DNA of 64,000 nucleotides from Candidatus Bathyarchaeota archaeon. Its GTDB lineage: Archaea > Thermoproteota > Bathyarchaeia > Bathyarchaeales > Bathycorpusculaceae. Shown one piece after another: positions 62,615 through 64,000 of the stretch. The stretch lies in contig CAVTZU010000020.1 in NCBI GenBank assembly GCA_963739305.1, positions 1 through 64,000 of the forward strand, read 5' to 3'. The notes beneath the pieces were generated by a model. It was not told the DNA's origin and did no database searches. It saw only the letters and a list, made by a program, of their open reading frames with translations. Both the position numbers and the translations under genes were made by a program. Position 1 is the first letter of the stretch. Each line of letters starts with the position of its first letter.

Positions 62615-62648
62615 GAGCGCGCGCTTGACAACAGGTTCTCTAATAGCG

Positions 62649-63395
62649 CTAAACTTCTCTCCACCGTGCCTTGGTTTTTGCAACCATAAAGAGTATGACT
62701 GTTACAGCTATCAGGACACTCCAATCGAGAACTATCGTCGCAAGTGGTAGTGACAGATATCCAGCAGCATTCTGGGCTAACTCTGCTGCGTACGTGGTAG
62801 GGGAGAGGTAGGCCAAGTACCTGAACGGAATCGGGATGTAGGTGATGGGATAGTAAACAGGCGGTATCGTTGAGAAAAGCGTCGAAAGAAGCCGTGTGAA
62901 CGCAAAGCTCTGGACTATGTCACTGGAAAACGTTGAGAGCGTGTAGCCAACAGCCATTGAAGCAAAAAACATGAGGAGAAGCACTGCGATGAACTCTAGG
63001 ACTCCAAAGACGCTCAGTGCCAGAAAGTAGTGCGCTAGCAGGGCGAGTACGGTTAGCGCGGGAATGGAGTAGACGATCTCTGAGATGGCGATTCCAATCA
63101 TGTAGGTCAGCCAAGTGGTTGGAGAACTTACCACCATGTCTTGGAGCTTGAAATCGTTCTTCAGGTGCGAAAGGTCGGCTTGTAGGGACATGCCGCTCGA
63201 GAACATGCTCATTATGAACCCGCCTTCCACGGCCTCTCCTATGAGGCTACCGCGGCTTACGAACACTATGAGGACTAGGAAGGAGAGGGGGGACAGAACC
63301 GTGTTGATGAGGACAATCGGGTAGTTCCTCATTTCATATAGGGCGTTGACGAGTATCGCGGCCAGAATCTGGCTGAACCTACTCCTCTTCTGCAT
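62649..63395 (-). CDS. ABC-2 type transporter permease
   Basis: 6 TMs, PVYYPI...LSPTTY. Confidence 0.85.
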   Translation of the reverse strand: MQKRSRFSQILAAILVNALYEMRNYPIVLINTVLSPLSFLVLIVFVSRGSLIGEAVEGGFIMSMFSSGMSLQADLSHLKNDFKLQDMVVSSPTTWLTYMIGIAISEIVYSIPALTVLALLAHYFLALSVFGVLEFIAVLLLMFFASMAVGYTLSTFSSDIVQSFAFTRLLSTLFSTIPPVYYPITYIPIPFRYLAYLSPTTYAAELAQNAAGYLSLPLATIVLDWSVLIAVTVILFMVAKTKARWREV

Positions 63396-64000
63396 CGCGC
63401 TCTTCTTGGATGCCGACTCCTTTGCCTCCTTCTCGATTCACAAGATAGAAGAATATGTCGTCCAGCGACACCGGATTGATGGTAAACTTGAACCCGCCCT
63501 TGGAGAGTTCTCTTGAAATTCTGAAGGCCTCTTCTTCCGTCGTGAGTATTCTGATATAGCCATCCCTCCCAGTTACTATCTCGCCCTTCAGAAGCGTGAG
63601 AAAATTAGGCGCTGGTTTTGAGAGCAGCTTCATGCTGTAGTTGTAATTTATGCTTTGTCTCAGTTCCTCGAGGGTTCCGATGCGGATTAGTTTGCCGTGA
63701 TCCAGGATGCCGATCGTATCAGCCAGCTGTTCTGCTTCTTCGAGATAATGTGTAGTAAGAAATGTGAAGCGGTTGTTTCCGATATCTTTGAGAATCTCCC
63801 AGAACTCTCTTCTTGAGATCGGGTCCAGTCCCGTTGTCGGCTCGTCCAAGAAGAGTATTTCGGCTTCTGAAGAGAGGACGGTCGCAACCAAAACCTTTCT
63901 CTTCATTCCTCCTGAGAGCATGCGATTCAAAGTGTTGCGGTATTCGCTGAGTCCGAGCTTTTCAAGCGACTCGTAGGCCCTCTTTTTTGCTTCAGCATAG
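63379..64000 (-). CDS. ABC transporter ATPase (5' end beyond the window)
   Basis: LSGGMKRK, LFLDEPTTGLD, TTHYLEEA. Confidence 0.9.
   Translation of the reverse strand, partial: YAEAKKRAYESLEKLGLSEYRNTLNRMLSGGMKRKVLVATVLSSEAEILFLDEPTTGLDPISRREFWEILKDIGNNRFTFLTTHYLEEAEQLADTIGILDHGKLIRIGTLEELRQSINYNYSMKLLSKPAPNFLTLLKGEIVTGRDGYIRILTTEEEAFRISRELSKGGFKFTINPVSLDDIFFYLVNREGGKGVGIQEERDAEEE

Noticed and set aside
1-64000. tRNA, rRNA or IS transposase genes
   Set aside because: No cloverleaf/T-loop, rRNA-like or transposase motifs recognised by eye; a covariance-model search would be needed to exclude them

Overview
Archaeal chromosomal window, most likely Bathyarchaeia. This is inferred from gene content: a DUF5752 protein, a lineage-typical tyrosine-recombinase C-terminus, A-type ATPase, a SAMP/MoaD protein and HypA-Mrp. 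It holds about 65 CDSs; no rRNA, tRNA or CRISPR array was seen. Housekeeping and metabolic blocks include a metal ABC transporter with a NikR-type regulator, HypA/Mrp, CopA/YHS/PDO, class II RNR, a methylmalonyl-CoA epimerase/carboxyltransferase/5S-like/biotin-carrier/mutase cluster, K+ and CLC channels, and the soluble ATPase subunits F-H-E-A-B-D. Many single accessory genes lie between these blocks. The strongest unexplained signal is a short alternating-CG site (consensus about GCGCGCGC-TA, at least 16 runs of 8 nt or more counted by eye). It lies at junctions of accessory genes, at the exact truncation point of a tyrosine-recombinase remnant, at the ends of two longer degenerate repeat families (about 78 bp and 57 bp), and in frame at domain boundaries of a modular secreted protein. 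I infer a site-specific gene/domain cassette-shuffling system; this is untested. About ten genes carry single-base frameshifts, probably sequencing or assembly errors. All family assignments come from motif recognition by eye, with no database search.
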